Assembly: GCA_016932045.1 (NCBI GenBank)
Contig: JAFGDO010000005.1
Location: 36,739 to 100,738, forward strand
Direction: 5' to 3'
DNA length: 64,000 nucleotides
From: Candidatus Dojkabacteria bacterium
GTDB taxonomy: Bacteria; Patescibacteriota; Dojkabacteria; JAHIVN01
Shown: in pieces, positions 20,678 to 31,184 of the stretch
Position numbering within the stretch: the first letter of the stretch is position 1
How the letters are laid out: every line of letters starts with the position of its first letter
The notes under the pieces: generated by a model
Database searches by the model: none
Told to the model about the DNA's origin: nothing
The model's input: only the letters and a program-made list of their open reading frames with translations
Made by a program: the position numbers and the translations under genes

Positions 20678-21769
20678 TTACAGCTTCACTTCAGCCTGTA
20701 TAAATTCGTCTAAATCCCCATCAAGTACATTCTCGACATCACTTCTTTCTGCCTTAGTCCTTAGATCCTTTATCATTTTATAAGGATGAAGTACATAACT
20801 GCGTATCTGATTTCCCCAGCTGGCAATTTTGTGTTCTCCAACTTCCTTTGCTTTCTCTTCCTCTAGCTCTGTAACCTTACGTTGATACAGCTTTGCACGT
20901 AGCAAATTCATAGCATACTCGCGGTTCTGCTTTTGGCTTCTTTCTGTAGAACAATGAACAGAAATACCAGTTGGTTTATGTGCAAGTCTTACAGCGGTTG
21001 AAACTTTATTGACGAATTGGCCGCCAGCTCCACCCGCACGGAAAGCAGTAAATTCTATATCTTCAGGTTTTATATCAACTTCGATATCATCAGAAATGAC
21101 TGGGGCAACTTCAACTGCAGCAAAAGAAGTCTGTCTAAGTCCTTGTGCATTAAATGGAGAAATTCTTACTAAGCGATGAGTTCCATGTTCACCTTTCAGG
21201 TAGCCATATGCATACTTACCGGCAACTTGCATAGAAACAGTAGAAAGGCCTGCTTCTTCACCTTTTTGTTTATTAATAATTTCTACTTTCCATTTTTTTT
21301 TGTCAAAGTATCTCAGATACATTCGAAGCAGCATCTCAACCCAGTCACAAGCCTCTGTACCCCCCTGTCCAGCATGTATAGAAAATACAGCATCTCCTTT
21401 ATCAAACTTTCTGGATAAATAAGTTTCGATCTCCAGCTCCTTAAGTTCAGACAACAGTATATCACCCTCATCTTGCGCCTCGCCTAAATCTTTGTCTTGT
21501 ACTTTCTTGGATTCAGAGAGAATTTCAATAAGTGCTTCAAAGTCTTCTAACTTTTTTTCAAACCTCTCAACCTCTGCAATTTCATTTCGTAAATCACCAA
21601 TATCCTGCATAATTTTTTGTGCTTTCTCAGTATCAGCCCAAAAATCTTCATCCTTTGTTTTTTCTTCAAGACTCAAAATCTGTTTCTTTAGGCTCTTGAT
21701 ATCTTTTTTCTTTGAAATATCTTTGAATCCTTTTTTTAAACTTTCTAGCAGCTTATTAAGTTCATTCAT
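20678..21769 (-). CDS. prfB: Peptide chain release factor 2, encoded in one frame with no programmed +1 frameshift
   Basis: 363 aa containing the SPF tripeptide (RISPFNAQG) that recognises UGA/UAA, the GGQ motif (AGGQFVN), and collinearity with E. coli RF2 throughout. Confidence 0.9.
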   Translation of the reverse strand: MNELNKLLESLKKGFKDISKKKDIKSLKKQILSLEEKTKDEDFWADTEKAQKIMQDIGDLRNEIAEVERFEKKLEDFEALIEILSESKKVQDKDLGEAQDEGDILLSELKELEIETYLSRKFDKGDAVFSIHAGQGGTEACDWVEMLLRMYLRYFDKKKWKVEIINKQKGEEAGLSTVSMQVAGKYAYGYLKGEHGTHRLVRISPFNAQGLRQTSFAAVEVAPVISDDIEVDIKPEDIEFTAFRAGGAGGQFVNKVSTAVRLAHKPTGISVHCSTERSQKQNREYAMNLLRAKLYQRKVTELEEEKAKEVGEHKIASWGNQIRSYVLHPYKMIKDLRTKAERSDVENVLDGDLDEFIQAEVKL

Positions 21770-22001
21770 GACAAGGCATTTTACCAGAAAAGATGAGCAA
21801 AAGGGAGAAGGGGAAAGGAAAGAAAATAGTATGATAGTTTGAAGTTAAAAAAGCTAATAGCAAATAGCTCATAGACATGAGTTTTTAGATTATAGATTGC
21901 AGATTGGAAATTGATGATCGGTTATTCCTCTTATTATGGGCTTGCAAATATTCATATTAATAAGATATAATCAGAGTAAATTTATTTTCTAATATCTAAA
22001 T

Positions 22002-22790
22002 ATGTTAGAAACTCATGAAATGACAAACGAATCTCCTACATCCGCAATTGCGGATCAACTACCAGTTACCCATCCCGAATTATCTCAGGACCAAGTCGGA
22101 CAAATTCTAGGACACTTCTTTTCAGAAGGCTATGGAACTGGTCTAGATGCTCAAGGAGTAATTGTCAAATTCGTTGAATACTTTGAATTAACACGAGAGA
22201 TGTATGCCGAGAATCCACAGAAAGCATTTAGTGAAGCTTTATATTTACTCGATGTAGATTACGGACAATTGATAGCTGGAGCACTTAGTAAGGCAAGTGA
22301 CCGAAGTTTGGTTTTTCATGCAATCGATTCAATCGCATCTTCACTATCAACAGGTGACAGGACAGATCTTAGAGGTCTAAGTTCAGCTGCAGTCTTCATC
22401 GGTTTAGTGAATAATTACACTCCATTGGTAGAAATAGTGCAAGAAAACCCAGAGTATTCTAAGCTATTTACTCCTATTATGGCATATAAAGAAAGCTATG
22501 GAATGGACATGACTGTACCAGCAGGTGTATCTTTGGAAATTGCAGTTGTCGATGTAAGTGTTTCCTTAGCAGAGCAATTAAGAAGAATCATTGAAGAAGC
22601 ACTTGCAAGACTCAGACAGTTGGATGAAGAACTTAAGAGACTATTTAGCGGATCCCTTCGAAATATACAAACACGACTATCAATGATATCTGATAAGTTG
22701 GGGAGGGGAATGCCTCTTGATGTTCTTGATAGAATAGTAATCGCTCAAACGTGCAGAGCACAGAGAATTCCTATACCAAGTGCACTATAA
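22002..22790 (+). CDS. Hypothetical protein
   Basis: 262-aa ORF with good coding periodicity. No motif recognised. Confidence 0.5.
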   Translation: MLETHEMTNESPTSAIADQLPVTHPELSQDQVGQILGHFFSEGYGTGLDAQGVIVKFVEYFELTREMYAENPQKAFSEALYLLDVDYGQLIAGALSKASDRSLVFHAIDSIASSLSTGDRTDLRGLSSAAVFIGLVNNYTPLVEIVQENPEYSKLFTPIMAYKESYGMDMTVPAGVSLEIAVVDVSVSLAEQLRRIIEEALARLRQLDEELKRLFSGSLRNIQTRLSMISDKLGRGMPLDVLDRIVIAQTCRAQRIPIPSAL

Positions 22791-22900
22791 GAGAGCAAAG
22801 TAAGCCGGAATCTTCTTCATATTGGCAAATTCACCTGATTGTGATATATTCCAATAGCAAATGTGTAATATTTATATGTATATTAAATAGTAAAATTTAA

Positions 22901-23206
22901 ATGGCAAACTTAAAATCTGCAAAAAAAGCTATAAGAAAAACCCAGACGAGAACTCTTAGAAACCTTCGGCAAAAAAGAGAAATGCTCTCGCTTATAAAAG
23001 AAGTTAGACTACTAGCATCAAAAGGAGAGAAAAAAGAGGCTGAGGAAAAATTCAAACTTGCTACTAAGAAAATCGACAAGGCTTCAAAAACTCACCTACT
23101 ACATAAGAATACAGCTGCAAGATACAAATCAAGACTTGCCAAAGATATTAATAAGGGTAAAACCAAGGAATCCACTTCAACCTCGAAAAAGGCAAAAAAG
23201 AAGTAA
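22901..23206 (+). CDS. rpsT: 30S ribosomal protein S20
   Basis: 101 aa with MANLKSAKKAIRK...HKNTAARYKSRLAK, matching the S20 consensus (MANIKSAKKR...HKN.AAR.K..L). Confidence 0.85.
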   Translation: MANLKSAKKAIRKTQTRTLRNLRQKREMLSLIKEVRLLASKGEKKEAEEKFKLATKKIDKASKTHLLHKNTAARYKSRLAKDINKGKTKESTSTSKKAKKK

Positions 23207-23407
23207 TGTTTCATCGATCCACTGCTATACTGTTATACTGTTATATTGCTATATTGTCATATTGCCTGATTGAATACTGTATGTTTATATATAACTACAT
23301 AGCCGAATATTCGGAATGATGAATAATTGCAGATAACAAGTAAAGGTTCTAGTCCTAGACCTCTAGTTATTGCTTGGCATTAATGGAAATTCTAGCTATA
23401 ATTAGTT

Positions 23408-23998
23408 TTGATAGTTAATGTATCTATGTCAAAATCACTCATCAAACTAATTGATTCGGCACTCTTGCCCGCAGCGGTTATGATTGTGGGTAAGGTCGTC
23501 GGACTCATAATAACGAACATAATTTTTAACCTGGACTGGGGGATAGCTACAGATCCCAATAATTTCTTTTCAGTAAGAATCGTATATCCAACTGTTGCCG
23601 ATCAAATTACAGCTACATCCTACTCAAATTTAATAATGTACCTATTTGTTTTTACGGGCTTTTTGTTTGTACTTGTTCAAGCCCTTTACTTCCATTCTTC
23701 ACACATAACACCTCATATGATAGCTAAATTAGCAACTAATAACCTTCTAAATTTAATTAGCGATTCGTTTGAAATTTATTATAAAGCGAGTGTATGGTTG
23801 GTCATCCTCTGGATATCTTTCTTTGCTCTTTTCATAAATGTTCTCATGGAACGAGCTTATGATTGGATCGGTGCTGTTTGCTTTATAAGTTCAATTCTAG
23901 CCACAGTTATGTTACTCAGAGATGTTTCATCAGAAATTCAGATAGCAAAAAGGAATCTACCAAAAGTTGCTTCGACAAGTTTCAAAGCATCTCCTTAA
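23408..23998 (+). CDS. Hypothetical membrane protein
   Basis: 196 aa with 4 predicted TM helices and no conserved motif. Confidence 0.45.
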   Translation: MIVNVSMSKSLIKLIDSALLPAAVMIVGKVVGLIITNIIFNLDWGIATDPNNFFSVRIVYPTVADQITATSYSNLIMYLFVFTGFLFVLVQALYFHSSHITPHMIAKLATNNLLNLISDSFEIYYKASVWLVILWISFFALFINVLMERAYDWIGAVCFISSILATVMLLRDVSSEIQIAKRNLPKVASTSFKASP

Positions 23999-24046
23999 AA
24001 TTATTAATTTAATTAAAAATAATTTTTAACAGGTAAGAAAAACCAA

Positions 24047-25123
24047 ATGAATAAAGTTTATAAAGTTGAAATAACACCTAAAACCATAATCTCGGTCTTT
24101 GTATTAATTGGTTTTGTTTGGCTTATCGCAAAACTATACAGCGTTATCTTTTTAATCTTCATCGCATTTGCAGTTTCTGCAATGTTAAGCCCTATTATAG
24201 AATTTTTAAATACGAAAAAAATTCCTCGTTCTGTATCTATTACTTTGATTTACTTATTATTCTTCGGATTTCTGCTATTTCTAGTCTTGGTAAGTTATAA
24301 GCCAATCGTTACCCAGCTTGAAGCATTTACAAAAGCACTGCCAGATATCTTTGTCAATGTCGTAAATACAATTGTCGAAAGAGTACCTTTCATCCGAGAT
24401 CGGTTTAACTGGGACTCTATCCTTGATAATTTAAAAGGATCATTTTGGCAAAATATAGAGATTTCAAATGTATCAAGTTATTTATTTTCAGGTTTAGGAA
24501 AGGCACTCGGCCTTGTTGGATCCTTTTTCAGCATCCTGATTAACTTCCTTACGGTAATTGTTTTGTCTGTATATTTTATACAGTTTAAGGAAGGTTCTAA
24601 ACAAAAGGTCTCAAAGCTGCTCCCAGAAAAATATCGTGGACAAATTATCAAATTTATAGATAAGATAGAAAATCAGCTCGGCGCCTGGTTACGTGCTCAG
24701 CTTCTACTCATGTTAATAGTTGGAGTTCTGGCTTGGATTGGCCTTGAAATTATTGGGATGGAATTTTCAATTCCTCTAGGGATTATAGCTGCCTTACTAG
24801 AAATTATACCCAACATCGGTCCAATGATAACATGGTTGTTAGCCATTACAGTTGCAACGGGGTCAGACCTACCTGCTTGGCAGACAATTTTCATAGCCAT
24901 CTGGTTTATACTTATACAACAAATTGAAAACTACTTAGTCGTACCAAAACTGATGCAAAAATTTGTTGGCCTCAATCCCGCTATTACGATAATCGCTGTT
25001 CTTGGAGCTTCTAAAATTTTCAACATCTGGGGGGCGTTGCTAGCAGTTCCAACTGTTGCAATAATCCAAATCACCATACGATACTACCTGCAATTTAGGA
25101 GAGAACAAAACAAGAACTCTTAA
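24047..25123 (+). CDS. AI-2E family transporter (PerM/YdiK-like, UPF0118)
   Basis: 358 aa with 7-8 TM helices. The conserved C-terminal block is LEIIPNIGPMI...IQQIENYLVVPKLMQKFVGLNPAITIIAVLG...GALLAVP. Confidence 0.75.
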   Translation: MNKVYKVEITPKTIISVFVLIGFVWLIAKLYSVIFLIFIAFAVSAMLSPIIEFLNTKKIPRSVSITLIYLLFFGFLLFLVLVSYKPIVTQLEAFTKALPDIFVNVVNTIVERVPFIRDRFNWDSILDNLKGSFWQNIEISNVSSYLFSGLGKALGLVGSFFSILINFLTVIVLSVYFIQFKEGSKQKVSKLLPEKYRGQIIKFIDKIENQLGAWLRAQLLLMLIVGVLAWIGLEIIGMEFSIPLGIIAALLEIIPNIGPMITWLLAITVATGSDLPAWQTIFIAIWFILIQQIENYLVVPKLMQKFVGLNPAITIIAVLGASKIFNIWGALLAVPTVAIIQITIRYYLQFRREQNKNS

Positions 25124-25178
25124 AGTCATCCATACAAACTAGATGGTTCCAGTATAATTCTTGTAGAATTGAAACAAA

Positions 25179-25212
25179 GAAGGGACCTCTGACTGCAGAT
25201 CAGTGTCCCTTC
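25179..25212. terminator. 8-bp stem hairpin (GAAGGGAC-N18-GTCCCTTC) in a convergent intergenic region
   Basis: It sits between the stop of the AI-2E transporter gene (25123, plus) and the stop of the LysM gene (25387, minus). It is GC-rich relative to the flanks. Confidence 0.4.
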
Positions 25213-25386
25213 CCTTGGGTACCCAAAGTCCTATAAGCCACGTGAAGCTTATAGAGACTTAGTGTGAACTTCTAACTCTTTCTGTTATAAGTTCATTTCA
25301 ATTGAGTTGTAAGAGTACCGTACGCTGACTCTCTTAAAAGACCCCAATTAATTTACACAAGTAGAAAGGTCGGCTGGGGGCTTATC

Positions 25387-26016
25387 TTAGGGAAGACTTA
25401 GCACCTGTCCTGGAAAGATAAGTGCTCTTGACCCATTTGGTAAAAAACCTATCTGGTCAAGGTTGGCATCCCTAATCTTACCCCACTGAAAGCCACTACC
25501 ATACCTGCCCTCAGCAATTTCCCAAAGAGTATCACCCCACACTACTGTATAGGTGTCTCCTGTGATATCGCCTGGCTTGTAGTCATTTGCTTTCCAGACA
25601 CTAGCAAGACCTCCTGCTCCCTCTTCCTCTGAATCTTCTTTGACATCTTCCTCTGAAGTTTCTTCCGCGTCCCCTTCATCGTTCTCCTCAGAAGCTGCCT
25701 CCTCTGTCACTTCACCTTCCTCTTGAGTTTCCTCTTGAGGTTCCTCTGCAACTTCATCTTGGGTTTCTTCCTCAGGTGTTGTAGTTTCTCCCTCTTCCGC
25801 TGTAGTTTCTACGGCTTCACCCCCTGCTTCCTCGTCCTTACTTGCTTCCTCTTCCTTACTTTCTTCCCTTGACTCCCTTATCTTTGATACTATTTTACTG
25901 ACTCCCCATATACCGCCACCTAAAAGAAGAAGTACAACAACAGCACCAACTAGACCCAAGACAACCGAGGGACCTAGAGCTTGCCTTTCTTCGCCATTAT
26001 TTTCTTTGGCTGACAT
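25387..26016 (-). CDS. LysM-domain peptidoglycan-binding protein with a TM anchor and an acidic linker
   Basis: N-terminal TM helix, then a Glu/Thr-rich low-complexity linker, then a C-terminal LysM (YTVVWGDTLWEIAEGRYG...IFPGQVLSLP). Confidence 0.7.
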   Translation of the reverse strand: MSAKENNGEERQALGPSVVLGLVGAVVVLLLLGGGIWGVSKIVSKIRESREESKEEEASKDEEAGGEAVETTAEEGETTTPEEETQDEVAEEPQEETQEEGEVTEEAASEENDEGDAEETSEEDVKEDSEEEGAGGLASVWKANDYKPGDITGDTYTVVWGDTLWEIAEGRYGSGFQWGKIRDANLDQIGFLPNGSRALIFPGQVLSLP

Positions 26017-26326
26017 AGCAGTAAAACTAATAAATAAAATTACTTTGGGCAGAATTTCTTTGGGGCAGACTCACTCCCGCTAAGCGGGAACACTTTTAAG
26101 AGAGGATCCTAAAATTATTATAAAGAGCTCTTATAAATAGAGCAAGTAAATAAGTATTATCGTTTACAACTTACTGATAGTACGTTTCTTGATATAATGA
26201 ACAAAATGGTTGTACCTGTTGCATAAAATTTTTAAGTTCAGTAAACTTATTAAGGCAAATCTTGAAAGCATAAAAATTACGCCCAAAACAACAATTGTAT
26301 GTATTTACCTTTGTTCTAAAAAAAAA

Positions 26327-27451
26327 GTGATCGAATTCAAAAATGTTTCTAAAATCTATACAGGAATAACGGCACTTGATCACATTAACCTTGAAATCAC
26401 AGAAGGTGAATTTGTATTTCTTGTTGGCCCCTCTGGAAGCGGTAAAACAACTATTATAAAACTTCTTATAAAAGAAGAAGAACCAACAGAAGGAAATGTA
26501 TTTTTTTACGAGACTGATATTACAAAGTTAACAGGAGCGAAAGTTTCGCAGCTTAGACAAGAGATTGGCGTGGTTTTTCAAGACTTCAAGTTACTACCAA
26601 ATAAGAACCTTTACGAGAATATTGCCTTTGCACTTGAAGTATCTGGGAAGAAACTTGCCGATATTGAAGAGACCGTACCCTATGTTCTTGAACTTGTAGA
26701 TTTGTCACACAGAGCTAATGCTTTCCCACATGAGATATCCGGTGGTGAGAAACAAAAGATAGCAATAGCCCGAGCAGTTTCAAATAATCCCAAAGTTTTA
26801 ATTGCTGATGAACCTACCGGGAATCTAGATCCTGATTCAAGCTGGGAGATTATAAATTTACTCTCCAAGATCAATGATTGGGGAACAACAGTTATAATGG
26901 CTACACACGGCAGTGAGATAGTAGATAGGCTTGGAAAACGAGTCATACAGCTCGACCATGGCAAAGTCATGTCGGATAATATAAGCGGCAGCTACCCCGC
27001 AAAGAAAACCAGTTCACGACCACAAAAAGAACCGGGAACTCATAAGTCAAAAGTAAAAAGTACAAAAGAAGATAAGATTCAACCTTTAGAAAAAGTTGTT
27101 AAAAAACCCAAACCTAGGCCCCACAAAGAAGCAATTGAGGAGAAAGAATTTGAAATAACATTTACAACAAAACCTAGTACTTTCCGCACCAAACCTAAAA
27201 CTAGAAAAAGTAAAACTGTTATAAAAAATACCAAAAAAAGGACGCCCACGAAAAGAAAAGGTAAAGATGTAGTTGATCTTCACAGCCTGGACATTCCATC
27301 TTCTATTCAAGAACAACTTATCAAGGCTGGCTACACTTCTATCAACGAACTTCAGAAGGACTCCCTACAAAAGCTCAAGAAAATAAAGAATTTAAAAAAC
27401 GATGAAGTGAAAAAAGTAAAAAAAGCACTGGAAAAAAAAGAAAAAAAATAG
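26327..27451 (+). CDS. ftsE: Cell-division ABC ATPase FtsE with a Lys-rich C-terminal extension ending in an HhH (RpoA-CTD-like) motif
   Basis: VIEFKNVSKIY...GPSGSGKTT (Walker A), LSGGEKQKIAIARA (ABC signature), LIADEPTGNLD (Walker B). After about residue 225 comes a KKPKPRPHK...-rich tail, then DLHSLDIPSSIQEQLIKAGYTSINELQK. The track ORF starts at TTG 26210; GTG 26327 gives the canonical N-terminus. Confidence 0.85.
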   Translation: MIEFKNVSKIYTGITALDHINLEITEGEFVFLVGPSGSGKTTIIKLLIKEEEPTEGNVFFYETDITKLTGAKVSQLRQEIGVVFQDFKLLPNKNLYENIAFALEVSGKKLADIEETVPYVLELVDLSHRANAFPHEISGGEKQKIAIARAVSNNPKVLIADEPTGNLDPDSSWEIINLLSKINDWGTTVIMATHGSEIVDRLGKRVIQLDHGKVMSDNISGSYPAKKTSSRPQKEPGTHKSKVKSTKEDKIQPLEKVVKKPKPRPHKEAIEEKEFEITFTTKPSTFRTKPKTRKSKTVIKNTKKRTPTKRKGKDVVDLHSLDIPSSIQEQLIKAGYTSINELQKDSLQKLKKIKNLKNDEVKKVKKALEKKEKK

Positions 27452-27520
27452 TATTATTACCCGTAAATAATTCCTAATTTTTTGTATTCTTGTATTACTT
27501 TATCAATAGTTGATCAATTC

Positions 27521-28441
27521 ATGCTTACCAAGCTAAAAAGAATAGTTAACACTACCAAAACAGACCTAAAAAGGAACAAGGCAATAACCCTAAGCTCAAC
27601 TGCTGTAATGACCCTCGTATTTTTAGTTTTTTCTTCGTTTACACTTTTTGCATTTGCATCAATAAAATTCTTGCATTATGTAGAAACACGAGAACATCTC
27701 GAAGTCTTTTTTAACACAGATGTAGAAGAAGCTGATATTCTTGAGATAAAAAACGAACTAGAAACTACCGGCAAAACTGCATACGTAGAATATACAACAC
27801 AAGAGCAGGCCGCAGAGTTTTTGAAACAAAGACACAGCGACAATCCTCTGATACTAGGAGCCATAAATCCAGAAGCACTTCCTGCAAGTCTAGCGATCAG
27901 AGCAAAGAAGATAGACTACGTTCCAGAATTAAATTCTATCCTCCTATCCAAGGACACCAAGGGAGATCTTATTTACAAAATCGGATACAATGAGGACACA
28001 ACAAATCTTATAAAAGACCTTCTCTTCTGGGTAAGGCTAATCGGAGCTGTCCTTTTCACATTTCTTGTTATTGTGATATTTCTTGTTTCTTTAATCACAG
28101 TTGAGATGAGCATTTCTGCTAGAGCTGAGGAAGTTTCTATCATGCAGCTTGTTGGAGGAGGAAAGTGGTATATCAGAGCACCGTTCATCCTTCAAGGAAC
28201 TTTCTACGGCATAGCTGGAGCCGTAATATCCACTTGTATACTCTTTGCTATTGGACTAGTATTTTACTTTGTAAAAGATCAATCTCCTACTTTATCATTC
28301 TTGTCACGTTTTTTCTCAGACCTTGACTGGCCAAAGATAACAGCTCCCCTTATAGCACTCATATTTGTGGGAGAGATGTTTGTAGGAGGCTTAGTTGGTA
28401 CCATAAACAGTCTAATTGCCGTCTTTCGAAAATTGAAGTAA
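27521..28441 (+). CDS. ftsX: Cell-division permease FtsX
   Basis: N-terminal TM, a periplasmic domain, and a C-terminal 3-TM bundle with the FtsX-like motif MQLVGGGKWYIRAPFILQG. It lies immediately downstream of ftsE. Confidence 0.8.
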   Translation: MLTKLKRIVNTTKTDLKRNKAITLSSTAVMTLVFLVFSSFTLFAFASIKFLHYVETREHLEVFFNTDVEEADILEIKNELETTGKTAYVEYTTQEQAAEFLKQRHSDNPLILGAINPEALPASLAIRAKKIDYVPELNSILLSKDTKGDLIYKIGYNEDTTNLIKDLLFWVRLIGAVLFTFLVIVIFLVSLITVEMSISARAEEVSIMQLVGGGKWYIRAPFILQGTFYGIAGAVISTCILFAIGLVFYFVKDQSPTLSFLSRFFSDLDWPKITAPLIALIFVGEMFVGGLVGTINSLIAVFRKLK

Positions 28442-28470
28442 AATATATATATTCATTAATAAAACTTTAA

Positions 28471-29769
28471 ATGGTTATCAGGATCAGAAAAAGTAAAATA
28501 AAGAGATTTTTGATAACTTTTATAGCAGTAACTCTGCTTATATCTACACCTCTTTTCGGCTTTGTCCTATCGAAAAATAATCCCGTCAAAGCAGACCTTT
28601 ATGATGACCTTGCAAAATTGGAGGAAGAACTTACCCGAATCCGTCAGGAGAAACAAGATCTAGATACAAAAATAGATAGTGAACAGAACCTACAAAATTC
28701 TCTATCTGCTCAAATTTATCAAATATCAAATACTATTGCTCAACTTGAACTCGATATCCAAGTAAAAGAATTAGAAGTTGAAAAGAAGGAAACAGAAATT
28801 AAAATTCTTGAAGAAGAAATAACAGAAGCCCGGCAGTTGATTGATGGCTTAAGTGATGATGTTGAAATTCTTGAAACAACTGCAAATGATATTATTACAA
28901 CTATCTATATAGAATCGAAAACTAATTCGATGATAGATATGTTGCTTTCTTCTAACGAGAGCACAAGCTTCATGAGCCAGCTTCAATATCATACTGCTCT
29001 GGGTGCACACGATCAAAATACTCTTGCTGAACTAGAAAAAGAGAAAGCAAACCTAGAAAATGAAAAGAGCGACATGGAAGATGATAAACTTGAAGTAGAG
29101 AAATTAGCCGAGCAGGTCAACAAGGAGAAAGAACTGCTTGAAAAGGATCGAGAACAGCTTGCCGCGCAAAAGGCTCAAAAGAGCCGCTTGCTTCAGAACT
29201 CTCAGATAGCAGCTGCTTATTACGGTTCGATATATGACAACCTGACAGATGAGGAAATGAAGAAGGAAGCAGAGATGGATTTTATACTGCAACAAATTGT
29301 CAAGAGCGGATCCAAGCCAAAAGGATACGTTGTGCAAGGACAAATTATTGCAACAGAGGGGAATAACGGTTGTTCAACAGGACCTCATACCCACTTCGGT
29401 CTAGCAAAGGATGTGGGAGGATACATAGATGACTACGACTGGGTTGATCCCTGTGGATATCTGCCATATAGATCATTTTGGTATGGTATTTGCAGCGGAA
29501 ACGGAACTTTAAGATATCCATATAATGACCCATTTTACTCATCCCGTGGTTACACATGGTATCACAAGGCACTAGATCTCGTTGCCGGAAGTAACAAATA
29601 TGTTTATGCTTCTCATAATGGTTACTACTTTGAAGAAACTCCTTCGTGCAGCAACAGCTGGTGTAGTGTCGGTTGCAAAGGACCAATTAATCCTTGCATC
29701 AAAGTCTGCGAATCAGTAGATTGTTCAACAGGATTTGTATCAATTTATTGCCACGTGAACTTCCTGTAA
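28471..29769 (+). CDS. EnvC-like coiled-coil protein with a degenerate/rearranged M23 (LytM) domain and a Cys-rich C-terminal tail
   Basis: N-terminal TM helix, about 250 aa of heptad coiled coil, then the M23 C-terminal motif GNNGCSTGPHTHFGL...VDPCGYL. An HxxxD-like segment (YHKALDLVAG...YASHNGYY) follows further downstream. The ftsE-ftsX-envC synteny supports the call. Confidence 0.6.
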   Translation: MVIRIRKSKIKRFLITFIAVTLLISTPLFGFVLSKNNPVKADLYDDLAKLEEELTRIRQEKQDLDTKIDSEQNLQNSLSAQIYQISNTIAQLELDIQVKELEVEKKETEIKILEEEITEARQLIDGLSDDVEILETTANDIITTIYIESKTNSMIDMLLSSNESTSFMSQLQYHTALGAHDQNTLAELEKEKANLENEKSDMEDDKLEVEKLAEQVNKEKELLEKDREQLAAQKAQKSRLLQNSQIAAAYYGSIYDNLTDEEMKKEAEMDFILQQIVKSGSKPKGYVVQGQIIATEGNNGCSTGPHTHFGLAKDVGGYIDDYDWVDPCGYLPYRSFWYGICSGNGTLRYPYNDPFYSSRGYTWYHKALDLVAGSNKYVYASHNGYYFEETPSCSNSWCSVGCKGPINPCIKVCESVDCSTGFVSIYCHVNFL

Positions 29770-29877
29770 TTTATTACCTCAAAGTTATCAAGAATACCTC
29801 ATATTTTTATCAGCCCGTGTTAGCAATTTTGTCAATTATATTGTAATATCCTATCAGTTATGTATGAATAAATTCAT

Positions 29878-31104
29878 ATGGAAAAAAAAGTATTAATTAT
29901 CGGTGGTGGCGCAGCTGGTATGATGTCAGCAATATCTGCAGCTCGAAACAATCACGAAGTAATACTTTTTGAAAAGAATGAAGAGCTTGGAAAAAAAATA
30001 TTGATTACAGGTAACGGCCGTTGCAACTTAACAAACAAAAACCTAACCTGGGAAAATTATCACGGATCATTCCCTAAATTTGCCTCTTCAGTTATCTCAC
30101 AATTTGACAACGAAAAAACCATACAATTCTTCGAAGAGCTGGGGCTTGTCTTAGTTGAAGAGGATCAAGGACGCCTGTTTCCAAGAAGTCAACAGGCCCA
30201 ATCTGTTGTAGATGTACTTAAACAGGAACTTGAACAACTAGGTATTCAAATCCTTACTCGGAAAAAAATCAGAAGAGTTGAAAAGATTGAACAGCAATTC
30301 TGCATAACTACATACCAGAAGAAAAAACACTTTGGCGACGCGCTAATAATTGCAACAGGAGGACGGACTTATCCCAAGACAGGCTCGACTGGAGATGGGT
30401 ACCGATTTGCAGAAAGCTTGGGGCATAAGATTATAAAACCCTTTCCAGTTTCAACACCATTTAGAATAAAGAGTGTGGTTTGTAATAAACTTCAAGGCAT
30501 AAAGATAATCGCACGTTTAAAAGTGTACCAAGGCGAGAAGATAATATCAGATAACACAGATGAACTGCTTTTTACACATATAGGTTTATCTGCTCCTGTA
30601 GTCTTGAAGTCAAGCAGGGAGGTATCGAAGGTGTTATGCTTAAATCCAGAAGCAGAACTCAAGTGTTCCATTAATTTCTTTCCTGAGTATTCTCAGGAAG
30701 ATTTATATAAGCTTCTTAAGAAGCGCCTTGTGAATAATCCAGATAGAAACATCGGGAATCAATTCTTAGGTATGCTTCCTAAGAAAGTTGCTCCAGCAAT
30801 CCTTAGATACTCACGCATCAATCCGGAAATAAAAAGCAAACAGCTGGCAAATAGGACCCTCGATAGAATTATAAAAATAATTATGAATTATGAACTACCA
30901 ATTGATGATGTTCTCGGTTGGGACATGGCACAATTCACAGCAGGTGGAGTGGATGTGAGGGAGATTGATTCTAAAACTATGGAGTCAAAACTTGTACCTA
31001 ATCTCCATTTTTGCGGAGAAGTGGTGGATATAGACGGCGACAGCGGAGGATATAATCTGCAATGGGCCTGGAGCTCGGGCTTCGTCGCTGGAAGTAGTAT
31101 CTAA
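29878..31104 (+). CDS. HI0933/BaiN-like NAD(P)/FAD-dependent flavoprotein
   Basis: VLIIGGGAAGMMSAISAA (dinucleotide-binding motif) and KKILITGNGRCNLTN, with collinearity to the HI0933 family over the full length. Confidence 0.75.
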   Translation: MEKKVLIIGGGAAGMMSAISAARNNHEVILFEKNEELGKKILITGNGRCNLTNKNLTWENYHGSFPKFASSVISQFDNEKTIQFFEELGLVLVEEDQGRLFPRSQQAQSVVDVLKQELEQLGIQILTRKKIRRVEKIEQQFCITTYQKKKHFGDALIIATGGRTYPKTGSTGDGYRFAESLGHKIIKPFPVSTPFRIKSVVCNKLQGIKIIARLKVYQGEKIISDNTDELLFTHIGLSAPVVLKSSREVSKVLCLNPEAELKCSINFFPEYSQEDLYKLLKKRLVNNPDRNIGNQFLGMLPKKVAPAILRYSRINPEIKSKQLANRTLDRIIKIIMNYELPIDDVLGWDMAQFTAGGVDVREIDSKTMESKLVPNLHFCGEVVDIDGDSGGYNLQWAWSSGFVAGSSI

Positions 31105-31184
31105 TCCATACAACTATGCAGTAACTTAATAGTTATTCGCTACTCACGTCTCGTTAACATTTGCAATTAATAAAGCTTAAGCAT

